From Planctomycetota bacterium (GTDB lineage: Bacteria; Planctomycetota; UBA11346), in NCBI GenBank assembly GCA_043775355.1, contig JAYVSL010000007.1, forward strand, positions 4,586-68,585: DNA of 64,000 nucleotides. Direction: 5' to 3'. Shown here in pieces: positions 44,352 through 53,802 of the stretch. The translations under genes were made by a program, and so were the position numbers. The notes beneath the pieces are model-generated. The model was not told the origin of the DNA, did no database searches, and worked only from the letters and a program-made list of their open reading frames with translations. Numbering within the stretch: the stretch's first letter is position 1; every line of letters starts with the position of its first letter.

Positions 44352-45866
44352 ATGCCCCCACCCGCAGCCTATTTTCTTGGTATTGATGTCGCTCGCACCG
44401 GACTTGGTTTGGTGGTGTTGGCTGGCGATGGCCGTCAAGTCGCGCTGTTGCACCGCGCCTACGGCGGGAACACTGACCAGTTGTCCGATCCGCAAGATTG
44501 GTGGCGTGCTGCCCGTACTGGTATCAAAGAAATCCTGCGCCGCGCTGAGTTACGTGCCGATCAGATTCGTTGTATCGGCGTAACCGGCGACAGCGATGGT
44601 ACCGTGGCCCTGTCAAAAGATGGCAAAGCTTTGTGCATGAGCAGCTTAGGTGCAGATCCACGAGCAGAGCCTCAGGTAGATCAGCTCAATAAAACTGTTG
44701 GTGCACGTAATCTGCTCAACCTCGCTAGTGGCCCAGCTCACTCCGGGGCGGCAGCCGTAAAATTATTATGGTTGCGCGAAAATGAAAAACGAGCTTGGCA
44801 TGATTTAGGGATCGTACTCAGCCCCAAGGATTTCCTTCGGTATCGCCTCTGCGAAACCATGATCACCGACGCATCCGACGCCGCTGCCACGCTCCTGTTC
44901 AATCCCAAGACGCGTGCATGGTCGAAACAACTCCTCAGCTTACTTGAAATCAACCCCGCATGGCTGCCGACCATCAGTAACGGTCAGCTCATTAGCGGAC
45001 GCGTTACCGCTACCGCTTCACGTGAAGCCGGCCTGCAAGCAGGAACCCCGGTCATCACTGGCGGCGGTCACGCTGCCTCATCGGCCATTTCAGCTGCAGT
45101 TCTTGAAGCTGGGTCAGCAATGGTTGAACTCGGCGGTAATGGCGGAATTTTTGTTCCTACCAAAGACGCGATGCGTGACCCAAGCGGTCGACTGATCACG
45201 ACCTGTCACTGTGTTCCTGGGGTCTGGGCATTAACGCAATCCGACCTCGCCAGCGCAGAGCCACTTGATTGGCTCCAACAACATGTCTTCTCCAGTGAAG
45301 TTATGCAGGCGAAACGCAGCCAACGCGATGCCCTTGAGCCACTCGCCGAATTAGCGGCGGAAACCCCGCCTGGATCAGATGGCTTGATCCACCTGTCATT
45401 GAAGCAATCACCTCGCATGAATGGTTTCGTAGGCCTTAACCGTCGTCATGGACGCGGTCATCTCGTGCGAGCAGTCCTCGAAAGCGGAGCGCTCGCTGTC
45501 CGTTCTGCGCTCGAAGCATTGGTCGATCTCAAGCGTGATCCTGAATCTATTTTGGTGGTCGGCGCCGGAGCCAGCAATCACCTGTGGTGTCAAATCCTCG
45601 CCGACGCACTGGACCGTCAGATCCATGCTATTCCGGGCGCAGAGTGTGCCGCTACCGGTGCGGCCATTCTCGCTGGCTCTGCTGTTGGATTTTATAAAAA
45701 TGTACCGGAAGCCTGCAGTAAAATGGTCGGAACAAAAGTCGCCTACCAACCGCGTAAGGCCGCCACTGAAATTTATCAGTTACTCGGACCCACTATTTCA
45801 CGGCTGTCACAAGCCGGTGCTGCTGCTTTTTCCGGTGAGACACTCGTCGCTGAGGCCCAATCATGA
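44352..45866 (+). CDS. FGGY-family carbohydrate kinase (xylulokinase-like)
   Basis: N-terminus YFLGIDVARTGLGLVVL. The 504-aa two-domain layout and the C-terminal GAGASNHLWCQILADAL are typical FGGY. Substrate is not determinable. Confidence 0.75.
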   Translation: MPPPAAYFLGIDVARTGLGLVVLAGDGRQVALLHRAYGGNTDQLSDPQDWWRAARTGIKEILRRAELRADQIRCIGVTGDSDGTVALSKDGKALCMSSLGADPRAEPQVDQLNKTVGARNLLNLASGPAHSGAAAVKLLWLRENEKRAWHDLGIVLSPKDFLRYRLCETMITDASDAAATLLFNPKTRAWSKQLLSLLEINPAWLPTISNGQLISGRVTATASREAGLQAGTPVITGGGHAASSAISAAVLEAGSAMVELGGNGGIFVPTKDAMRDPSGRLITTCHCVPGVWALTQSDLASAEPLDWLQQHVFSSEVMQAKRSQRDALEPLAELAAETPPGSDGLIHLSLKQSPRMNGFVGLNRRHGRGHLVRAVLESGALAVRSALEALVDLKRDPESILVVGAGASNHLWCQILADALDRQIHAIPGAECAATGAAILAGSAVGFYKNVPEACSKMVGTKVAYQPRKAATEIYQLLGPTISRLSQAGAAAFSGETLVAEAQS

Positions 45867-46183
45867 GCTTGGCTCGCGGGCCATTTTTTGTGCTCCATGT
45901 GGTGTTAGCCACCGTCGTTGTGATCAGCTTGTTTATTTATCTTCAAGAACGACAGAACGAAGTTTCGCATATTCAGCAGATTGCCCATCAGGAACATGTG
46001 GAAACCCTGCGACTCCAAGCTGACCTCGTTCAGCAAGAAGAATTAATTAAGGGATTACAACACAAAGATCCGTACGTCGTGGAGTTGATTGCGCGTGATA
46101 AATTCAAGTACGCTGGGGTTGGAGAAATCGCGCCACCCCCTTTGCCTGTAATTGACAAGACCAGAGCCACCGTTACTAAGTGA
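45863..46183 (+). CDS. septum formation initiator family protein (FtsB/DivIC-like)
   Basis: 106 aa with one TM helix, a coiled coil, then the conserved DPYVVELIARDKFKYAGVGEI. It overlaps the upstream gene by 4 nt. Confidence 0.7.
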   Translation: MSLARGPFFVLHVVLATVVVISLFIYLQERQNEVSHIQQIAHQEHVETLRLQADLVQQEELIKGLQHKDPYVVELIARDKFKYAGVGEIAPPPLPVIDKTRATVTK

Positions 46184-46257
46184 GCCCTCGCATGTGGCCG
46201 CGAACTCGGTCTGACTACTGAATCTAAGTTCAGTAGCGCGTGTCGCATACGATTTAT

Positions 46258-46335
46258 CGGACCGTAGCTCAGCCTGGCTAGAGCGCTGCGTTCGGGACGC
46301 AGAGGCCGCAGGTTCAAATCCTGTCGGTCCGACCA
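46258..46335 (+). tRNA. tRNA-Pro (anticodon CGG), CCA encoded
   Basis: I folded the cloverleaf by hand. Acceptor cggaccg/cggtccg, D-arm gctc..gagc, anticodon stem ctgcg/cgcag with loop ttCGGga, T-arm gcagg-ttcaaat-cctgt, discriminator A, then cca. Confidence 0.9.
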
Positions 46336-46566
46336 CTTTACGCATCGAACACTGGCATCTTCACGAAGAGAGTCGGTGATTGAAAACTTGTTACCGTATT
46401 TCAAGGTCTGCGACGTCGCAGATGCAGAAAATTGATCACGTCGGTTTTTTCTGCGCCCTTTTTCAATGGCGCCGTTTCAATGGCGAAGGCGCGACTGAGA
46501 AAGCGATTATCTGGCGTCTCTTGTTCAGGCCTCTACGCTTCTTTACGATACGAAATACGACATCTT

Positions 46567-46637
46567 GCGGGTGTAGCTCAATGGTAGAGCGGTTGGTTCC
46601 CATCCAACATACGAGGGTTCGATTCCCTTCACCCGCT
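46567..46637 (+). tRNA. tRNA-Gly (anticodon CCC), CCA not encoded
   Basis: Acceptor gcgggtg/cacccgc, D-arm gctc..gagc, anticodon stem gttgg/ccaac with loop ttCCCat, T-arm gaggg-ttcgatt-ccctt, discriminator T. Confidence 0.9.
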
Positions 46638-46656
46638 CAGCCTTTAAGGTGAGCGC

Positions 46657-47241
46657 ATGCCGCTATTCGATATTCCAGTCGTGATGCCCTACCGCTTGAG
46701 CGATGATCGCAGCGCGGCGCTCTTTTCTGTTCAAGTCAATACTGTTGCCAGTAACGAAATCGCCGCCGTTTCTGCAGCAAAAGCGCTCGTCCGTACGCTC
46801 GGCATGTTACGACATCGTGGCCAAGCGATAGAAGCGCAAGTTGAACGCGCAAAAATTGGTCCGATTGGTCGACAAATCGATGGTCCGTATGCTTATGTCC
46901 TGACCCACGGAAATTTAATTCATCACCTCGATTTTCCCCCACGAATCGACAGCCAATCGGGTGAAGTCATGGGTAACGCTTTTGCGGGTTTAGATCCAAG
47001 TTTGCTCTTGGGCGTGGTTATGGATTGCCACCCACTTACCTACATCAATACCTCGGGATTAGCCAGCATCGCGGCGCATGCCAAACGCATTCAGTTACGT
47101 TTATTTCGCATTTCCGAACCAGTAAACCGGGTTCTGCAAATCGTCGGTCTCGTACAAATGTTACGCATTTTTCCCGATCTCAGGTCTGCCCTCGAAGATC
47201 TGAGTCTAGCGCCAGCGGATGTGCCAGAACCAACGACCTAA
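46657..47241 (+). CDS. hypothetical protein with a C-terminal STAS-like domain
   Basis: 194 aa. The C-terminal half is LLLGVVMDCHPLTYINTSGLASIAAHAKRIQLRLFRISEPVNRVLQIVGLVQMLRIF, which is STAS-like. The first ~110 aa are unrecognised. Confidence 0.55.
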   Translation: MPLFDIPVVMPYRLSDDRSAALFSVQVNTVASNEIAAVSAAKALVRTLGMLRHRGQAIEAQVERAKIGPIGRQIDGPYAYVLTHGNLIHHLDFPPRIDSQSGEVMGNAFAGLDPSLLLGVVMDCHPLTYINTSGLASIAAHAKRIQLRLFRISEPVNRVLQIVGLVQMLRIFPDLRSALEDLSLAPADVPEPTT

Positions 47242-48830
47242 TTTACGTTACTCTCGTAGCGAACAAAAGCCGGACCTCCATCGCAGCGCCAACGACGAAA
47301 CGCCGCTAATACTTGCCCACGAGAGACTTTCAGCGACGCGGTCAGCATACCGTTTTCTACGCTCATATGTTGATGCATGATATAAAGCGCGGTGATGCGC
47401 TGATAGGGTACCGCTTGTGCTGCATTTACCGCGTCTATTGCCGCCCAAATCTCTGCTGATGCACGGCCCGTTTGCGCTTCGATCACGGCGATTAATTCAG
47501 GCTCTGCTGCCACGACTGCATGCAAAATTGCCGGATGAGTATGCAGCGCTGCCTCTAAAGCTGCTGCGCAAACTTTCTCGCCATTGCCCAGTTTTAACTG
47601 GTGATCAGCACGTCCACGCAGTCGCAATCCACCCTCGCTCCACGCACCGAGATCTCCCGTATCCAATACACCATCACATAAAGTCGGCGTCGGTTGACGA
47701 AAATAACCAGCCATCACGTTAGGACCACGCACCAGAATTCGCCCGTCGCCTTGCCTCACTCCGACCGTTACTCCGGCGATCGGCCAGCCAACGATTCCTT
47801 CACGTCCAATTCCTGGGCGGGTTAACGTACAACTGGGACTGGTCTCCGTCAGGCCCCAACCTTCACAAATAGGAATGTTTCGTTGTGCATACCATTGCCG
47901 TAGATCGTCCGGCATTGGCGCGCCCGCTGTAAAGGCCCAGCGCAGCGAGCCGCCGCGGACGAAGAGATTCTCCGCCGCCGCCAACGCGTGGATCTTTGGA
48001 ACGCTAAAAAAAACAGTCGGTGCTACCGCACGAATGGTGGTGATGAGTCGCTGCCGATCGCGTCCACCGCCAGGAACAACGGTCAGGTGCGCACCACGGC
48101 ACAACGACCACAATCGCTCAGCCAAGCCGCCGAAACTATGATGCCACGGTAAATAAGCGGCGAGTCGATCGCCCGGACCAATTTCTGGCCAATGCAGTCC
48201 GAATGCCGCTTGCTGACTCGCCAGATTATCATGCGTCAAAATCACGCCACGCGGCACGCCGGTGCTGCCGCTGGTGAATTGGATAACGCAGGGATCATCT
48301 GCTTTTACCACGCGATCTTTGCGCTGGCGATGACCAGATGACGCCGACCACAGATCGACTGAGGATTGTTTTACTATGCTGACTGGCACCGCCTGCGCGA
48401 TCTGTGGATCGTCTACCACCGCTATCTGCGGTTCTACTCGCATCAGCAGTTCGGCAATTCGTTGCGCGCCAAACCCCAAAAAAATCGGCACGGCAACCGC
48501 GCCCAAACGCCAACACGCCAACTCCGCCACCAAATGTACCAAGCCATTGCCAACCAAAATGGCACAACGACCACCGACAGGCAAATGCGCTGACCAAGCC
48601 GCTGCGACCTGTGCTGACCAGGCATTCAAATCACTCCACGTCGCTGTTCGATTACCGTCACTCACCACCGGTGCGGTGGGAAAACGTCGCAGACAATCCG
48701 CGATTAATTCAGGAACCGTCGTTGGACGTGCGCTCGGCAAAGGCGGACCGCTGCGCCAGTCAATGGGCGACGACGGCTGACCGCTGCGATGGTGTTCAGT
48801 ATTTCCGTGCAAAGACTCGAACGCCGTCAT
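47238..48830 (-). CDS. AMP-dependent synthetase/ligase (acyl-CoA / acyl-ACP / FAAL type not resolvable)
   Basis: ANL-superfamily motifs FTSGSTGVPRGV, GWGLTETS, TGDLG and LKLGNGEKV are present. It is divergent from the KS gene. Confidence 0.85.
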   Translation of the reverse strand: MTAFESLHGNTEHHRSGQPSSPIDWRSGPPLPSARPTTVPELIADCLRRFPTAPVVSDGNRTATWSDLNAWSAQVAAAWSAHLPVGGRCAILVGNGLVHLVAELACWRLGAVAVPIFLGFGAQRIAELLMRVEPQIAVVDDPQIAQAVPVSIVKQSSVDLWSASSGHRQRKDRVVKADDPCVIQFTSGSTGVPRGVILTHDNLASQQAAFGLHWPEIGPGDRLAAYLPWHHSFGGLAERLWSLCRGAHLTVVPGGGRDRQRLITTIRAVAPTVFFSVPKIHALAAAENLFVRGGSLRWAFTAGAPMPDDLRQWYAQRNIPICEGWGLTETSPSCTLTRPGIGREGIVGWPIAGVTVGVRQGDGRILVRGPNVMAGYFRQPTPTLCDGVLDTGDLGAWSEGGLRLRGRADHQLKLGNGEKVCAAALEAALHTHPAILHAVVAAEPELIAVIEAQTGRASAEIWAAIDAVNAAQAVPYQRITALYIMHQHMSVENGMLTASLKVSRGQVLAAFRRWRCDGGPAFVRYESNVN

Positions 48831-48942
48831 GGGAGGTTCGTCCTCGTATCAACGTTACGAGCAAATGCGATGACGCATCATCGCTGACAAGCACCGATGA
48901 GCACAACCTTGCGACCGGATACTTGCACGCGACTCTGCCACG

Positions 48943-50565
48943 ATGCCCCGCATTTCCGGTATCGCACTGCGTAGCGCCCACGGTGATCTGACGCAAACAT
49001 TACATGCGCTCGATGATGGCCATGGCGATCCCGCTGTGCTCAACGATGAGCTTATTCCCCTAATGCTGGCCGTAGCGCGTGAAGCCCTCGGCGCAGCTTC
49101 TGTGGATCACGTAATCGTGGCCACCACCAAAGGCGATCTGGCTCGCTGGTGTGCACATTTATCAGGCGAACATTTCACTGGCGACGGCGGGCCAGCATGG
49201 GTCGCGCAGCAGCTCGCTGTGGCGCTCGGCACAAACGGCTTTGCGATCAGCGGCGCATGCGCCAGCGGCCCCCTCGCGCTTGCGGTCGCTGCTCGTGGAA
49301 TTCTTTCCGGACGTTGGCGACGAGTGGTCGTCATTGGAGCCGATCGTATAACGCCATTTATTCGCGAAGGATTCGCTGCGCTTAAAGCCATTGATCCGCT
49401 GCGCTGTCGCCCGTTCGATGCGCAGCGTGCGGGATTACGTTTAGGTGAAACCATCGCCGCTGTCGTGATTGAAAAAGTGATGGAAAAAGTACTGGAACCA
49501 GAGCGAGGGAAAAAATCTGAACACAGCGATAACTCCATCAATTCCGCTTTGTTTTTACAAGGTTGGGCTGGCGGCATGGACGCCAATCATCTCACCGGAC
49601 CAACTCGTGATGGAAGCGGTCTGGCGCGCACGTTACGCTCCGCACTTCATCGCGCGAAGGTTGACCATCCGGCACTCGTCATCGGACACGGCACCGGCAC
49701 CCGCTACAATGATGACAGCGAAAGCTTGGCATATGTCAGCGTTTGCGCACAGACGCCGGTAACTGGTTTTAAAGGAATGCTCGGTCACAGCCTTGGTGCC
49801 TGTGGTGTCAGCGAGCTCGCACTGGCAGTTCGCATCCGACAACGCGACCGCACGCCTGGTTGCGCGAATCTCCAACTCGTCGGATGTGCCGGTTCTATTC
49901 AGCTGCTGACACCTGGGACGCATGCACTCGCACCCGGAGCCATCCTAATGGCCAATGCTGGCTTTGGCGGCATTAACGGCGCAGTGGTATTGGGCTCACA
50001 GCCGCCATCCGAATTACGTGTTTGCACGCCACAACTTTCCGCCTGGGCGCGACTCGACGCGAAAGGCTGGCAACGTCAAAGGATCAGCGATATCCAAGAT
50101 CACGGCGTGTGGAAAGAACCCGGCGACCACGACCATCTGCCACGTCTTTCTGCTCGCTGTGTCCTTGGCCGGGTCGAAGCCAACTGGGGACGCATGGATC
50201 TTGCATGTCGCGCCTTCGTCGCGCTCGGACATCTTCTTGGACCATTACCTGCGGACTGCGCACTGATGCTCGCGACGCACAGCGGCTCAGCTGCTTCCGA
50301 TCGCCTCCATGATCAAGCGGTACACGCAGGAGCCGTCGATCCGCAGCGTTTCCCGTATACGTTACCAACCACGCCGATTGGCGAGGCAAGTATTCGCCTG
50401 GGCGTACGTGGACCTGGGATGAGCGTCCATGGCGCTGATGAGAAAATGGTCCAAGCATTAGCTCACGATCTCTTAGCCGATGGTATTCCCGGTGTGCTCA
50501 TCGCCTGGATTGAAGCCGATCGTCCGCCACACGTCGCCCATGCACAGTGGTGGACCGCTGTATAA
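48943..50565 (+). CDS. beta-ketoacyl synthase (Cys-His-His type) with an extra ~190-aa C-terminal domain
   Basis: The active-site contexts are GACASGPLA, HGTGTRYNDDSE and GHSLGACG. The KS core ends at NAGFGGINGAVVLG (about aa 345). The remaining ~190 aa have no catalytic Cys motif. Confidence 0.8.
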   Translation: MPRISGIALRSAHGDLTQTLHALDDGHGDPAVLNDELIPLMLAVAREALGAASVDHVIVATTKGDLARWCAHLSGEHFTGDGGPAWVAQQLAVALGTNGFAISGACASGPLALAVAARGILSGRWRRVVVIGADRITPFIREGFAALKAIDPLRCRPFDAQRAGLRLGETIAAVVIEKVMEKVLEPERGKKSEHSDNSINSALFLQGWAGGMDANHLTGPTRDGSGLARTLRSALHRAKVDHPALVIGHGTGTRYNDDSESLAYVSVCAQTPVTGFKGMLGHSLGACGVSELALAVRIRQRDRTPGCANLQLVGCAGSIQLLTPGTHALAPGAILMANAGFGGINGAVVLGSQPPSELRVCTPQLSAWARLDAKGWQRQRISDIQDHGVWKEPGDHDHLPRLSARCVLGRVEANWGRMDLACRAFVALGHLLGPLPADCALMLATHSGSAASDRLHDQAVHAGAVDPQRFPYTLPTTPIGEASIRLGVRGPGMSVHGADEKMVQALAHDLLADGIPGVLIAWIEADRPPHVAHAQWWTAV

Positions 50566-50640
50566 ATCGTGTTTTTTCGACAAGAGCGAAACAGACCTCG
50601 TCACCCTTGCGTGATGAGGTGACGCCCTACCGTGACCACG

Positions 50641-50913
50641 ATGAACGAGAGCCAGCAACGCTTAGCCCAACATGTTATCTCTGGTCTGAATTTGGAGGAC
50701 ATCACGCCCGCCGATATTGATCCGCAAGCGCCTTTATTTGGCGAAGGACTTGGCTTGGATAGTATCGACGCTCTTGAATTAGCCGTCATCGTCGAACGCT
50801 CTTATGGTATTCGCATTCCCAATATGGACGTCGGTAAAACGGCCTTCGCAAGCATCGCTGCGCTCGATGCCTTCATCAATTCACAGCCAGCTAAGCCCGC
50901 CGCCGCGCCATGA
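50641..50913 (+). CDS. acyl carrier protein
   Basis: The phosphopantetheine attachment context is GLGLDSIDALELAVIVE. Size is about 90 aa. A GTG at 50632 is an alternative start. Confidence 0.85.
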   Translation: MNESQQRLAQHVISGLNLEDITPADIDPQAPLFGEGLGLDSIDALELAVIVERSYGIRIPNMDVGKTAFASIAALDAFINSQPAKPAAAP

Positions 50914-51371
50914 TTCACGACACCTTGGCCAACGCGAAGCGTTACCAACATTTGCATCCGCTATTTCCTTTGGCTTTCGCTTGGTGCCAGCAGCCGGAAC
51001 ACCTCGCCAAACCCGATGGTCGCTATCCCATCCAAGGCGACGATTTATTCGTGATCGTCGAATCCGGTCCCACCATCGTCGCTCAGCATAAACGATTTGA
51101 ATCGCATCGCCGCTACATCGACATCCAAATCAATTTGAAAGGCCCGGAAATCATGGAATGGATGCCGCGTGCGGCGCTTACTCTTGGTGAAGATTTCAAA
51201 CCGGACAACGATATTTGTTTTTATCAGCAACCAGCAGATTTGCCCACACGACTGATGGTGCGTCCACAAGAATTTGCGATTTTCTGGCCAGAAGACGCGC
51301 ACAAACCGTGCTGCAATCCTGGGGATGCTTCGGTGTCATACCGCAAGTTGGTGTTTAAAGTCGCGGTTTAG
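50910..51371 (+). CDS. YhcH/YjgK/YiaL (DUF386, NanQ/EbgC-like cupin) family protein
   Basis: GRYPIQGDDLF, HRRYIDIQINLKGPE, FAIFWPEDAHKPCC and RKLVFKV parallel the E. coli YhcH pattern as I remember it. The start overlaps the ACP stop (ATGA). Confidence 0.8.
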   Translation: MIHDTLANAKRYQHLHPLFPLAFAWCQQPEHLAKPDGRYPIQGDDLFVIVESGPTIVAQHKRFESHRRYIDIQINLKGPEIMEWMPRAALTLGEDFKPDNDICFYQQPADLPTRLMVRPQEFAIFWPEDAHKPCCNPGDASVSYRKLVFKVAV

Positions 51372-51626
51372 AAGCTGATGCTTCGTCACAGCCCTAACGC
51401 AAATTTCTGCCGTGATGAACTTCGGTTTTGTACGCGACATCGCCGAACGATCCTGTTGTTCGTGCCCGATACTCTGCAACCCATAGTCCCCTGCCTTATT
51501 TCTTTGCCAAAGAACGGCTCAGCGATTCCACGCAGGGATAACACGGTGGATCAGCGAACAGATCCAAGACGACTGACGCCCAGGCGGTGACTGGCAGGCG
51601 GGGTGAAACTATGTCATAACTCAGCC

Positions 51627-53795
51627 ATGACTGCTGACGACCATGACCTGAAACCGACTCGCGAAATTCCCACCGTTCCCACCGGGCCCGATGCCACCAG
51701 ATCAACCTCGCCACCAGTAGATCCCCAAATTCACCATGCTCAAAAGTCCCATGTCGAAAACGCGGCGCGACCAATAAGCGAACAAGCGACCATCCCACTC
51801 GAACCGCACGCGACCGTGCCGACAGATTTAGCACCGACACAAGGAACACTGTCAACCATCGCGCTGCACCTGGGTGTAAGCATCGCGCCTGCACCGCGTC
51901 CCATCCCAGAAGTGATTGGTGGCTACCGACGTTTAAAGCCACTTGGTAGCGGCGGCATGGCGCAAGTATTTGAAGGCGAACATACCACCCTTGGACGCAA
52001 GGTCGCGCTCAAATTATTAAAACCAAATATTGCCGATAGCGCCGATTTTAATTTACGCTTCCTGCGCGAATCACATGCCATGGCGCAGGTCGACCACCCC
52101 AACGTCGTGGCTATTTATGACGCCGGTGAAGTCGATGGCATTATGTATATGGCGCTGGAATTAGTGACCGGTGGCGACTTACATAAATTGATAAAACGCC
52201 GTGGACACATTGCCGTCGATGACGCATTGCGTTGGATCAGCGGCTGCGCGAAAGGACTTCAGGCGATCTATGAAGCGGGACTGGTGCACCGCGATATCAA
52301 GCCCGCCAACATTTTTCTCGATCGCGATGGCACGCCAAAAATTGGTGACCTTGGTTTAGCGCGCGCCGCCGATGGTGAAGATCGCATGACCATGACCGGC
52401 AGCAGTTGGGGCACGCCCAGCTATATGTCGCCAGAACAGATTAAGGGCGTCGCTGACCTCGATATTCGCGCCGACATTTACTCACTCGGCGCAACCCTTT
52501 ACACGTTGCTGATTGGCGTCGAACCGTTTGTCGGCGAGACCAGCTACGTCATTACCCACAAGGTCATGACCGAGCCGCCGCCCGATCCACGTACTCACGA
52601 CAAAACCATTCCGGCACAGGTTGCGGCGATCGTCGCCAAGTCGATGGCGAAAGATCGAAATAATCGTTACCAAACCCCGAAAGAAATGCTGGAAGATCTT
52701 GAGCGCGCACGCGGTGGCCAACGGCTGCTTCATTCCGCCGCTGTTGCGCTCGCCCCAACGGCGCCCAAAGCGATTTCATCGCAGGGCGAAATCGCTGCGG
52801 CAATGATCGCCGGGGCCAAACAAAATAGCGCAAAAACCGTCACGCGCGCGCAAGGAATCGATCCCAACGTTTTCAAAATTATCGCTTTCTTAGTGGTGAT
52901 TGGAATTCTCTACCTTGCCTGGTATTCGATGCAGGGAATGTCCTTCGGCGATAAACCAAAAGAAAATAACGAGCTGCCATGGGCAAAAACCATCAGTATT
53001 GATGGCCAGGGACGCTACGCCGATGTTACCATCGGTTCCCATGCCGTGCGCTTACGCTTTTGCCCGCCAGCAACATTTTATGTTGGTAGTCCAGCAGATG
53101 AAGCTGGACGACAAGCGTGGGAAAACCGTCATCAAGTAACCATGTCGCACGGCTTCTGGATGCTCTCTACTGAAGTGACCCAAGGGCTCTACCAAAAAAT
53201 CATGAACAGCAATCCAAGTAGCACCCAAGGGGTGAACTTGCCGGTCGAAGGACTCTCTGTGGAAGAAGCGCAGGCCTTCTGCACCAAACTCGCCGAGCAC
53301 GGGATTCCTGGCGCGCGATTACCGACAGAACACGAATGGGAATACGCTTGCCGCGCAGGCGACACTGGCCCGTTCTCCGCCAAACCAACGCCCACTGAAC
53401 AAGGCCTCATGGCGCCACCAGATTTAGTGCAGCTATGGCGCACGACGCCTGAGGACGAGGCTGACGCTGCTGCGCTGCGCTGGGTCGCTCAACATGTCGC
53501 CGATGGTGAACTTGGCATAAAGCCCGTGGGAAAACTGGCGCCCAATCGCTTCGGACTTTTCGACCTGCATGGCAACGTTCTGGAATGGTGCAGCGATCAT
53601 TGGGATGGTCATTCGCCCTATGCCGAAAGCGGCCAAGTCGAAAAATCGACGGTTGGTGAACTCACCCTCGCGCGCGGTGGATGCTGGTTTTATCCACCTG
53701 AACGCTGTCGCAGCGCCACTCGCCTGGGGCTTCCAAGCACTGCAACGCTCAACTTTGTCGGCTTCAGATTTGTCGTGCCGGATGAGGGGAAATAG
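51627..53795 (+). CDS. receptor-type Ser/Thr kinase: kinase domain - TM helix - FGE/SUMF1 (formylglycine-generating-enzyme-like) domain
   Basis: The kinase part is LGSGGMAQVFEG, VALK, HRDIKPANIFLD, DLGLAR, SPEQ. The TM helix is FKIIAFLVVIGILYLAWY. The FGE-sulfatase part is PTEHEWEYACRAG...FGLFDLHGNVLEWCSDHW...RGGCW. A GTG at 51603 is an alternative start. Confidence 0.85.
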   Translation: MTADDHDLKPTREIPTVPTGPDATRSTSPPVDPQIHHAQKSHVENAARPISEQATIPLEPHATVPTDLAPTQGTLSTIALHLGVSIAPAPRPIPEVIGGYRRLKPLGSGGMAQVFEGEHTTLGRKVALKLLKPNIADSADFNLRFLRESHAMAQVDHPNVVAIYDAGEVDGIMYMALELVTGGDLHKLIKRRGHIAVDDALRWISGCAKGLQAIYEAGLVHRDIKPANIFLDRDGTPKIGDLGLARAADGEDRMTMTGSSWGTPSYMSPEQIKGVADLDIRADIYSLGATLYTLLIGVEPFVGETSYVITHKVMTEPPPDPRTHDKTIPAQVAAIVAKSMAKDRNNRYQTPKEMLEDLERARGGQRLLHSAAVALAPTAPKAISSQGEIAAAMIAGAKQNSAKTVTRAQGIDPNVFKIIAFLVVIGILYLAWYSMQGMSFGDKPKENNELPWAKTISIDGQGRYADVTIGSHAVRLRFCPPATFYVGSPADEAGRQAWENRHQVTMSHGFWMLSTEVTQGLYQKIMNSNPSSTQGVNLPVEGLSVEEAQAFCTKLAEHGIPGARLPTEHEWEYACRAGDTGPFSAKPTPTEQGLMAPPDLVQLWRTTPEDEADAAALRWVAQHVADGELGIKPVGKLAPNRFGLFDLHGNVLEWCSDHWDGHSPYAESGQVEKSTVGELTLARGGCWFYPPERCRSATRLGLPSTATLNFVGFRFVVPDEGK

Positions 53796-53802
53796 ACGCC
53801 TT

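Noticed and set aside
46258-46637. The tRNA-Pro / tRNA-Gly pair as an integration site for the downstream STAS-ligase-KS-ACP segment.
   Set aside because: I could find no integrase gene and no direct repeat of either tRNA 3' end anywhere downstream. The idea stays unsupported.
53400-53795. The FGE/C-type-lectin-fold C-terminus of the receptor kinase as a diversity-generating-retroelement variable region.
   Set aside because: The window has no reverse transcriptase gene and no template-repeat copy of the 3' end of the gene. The downstream sequence is an unrelated convergent oxidoreductase gene.
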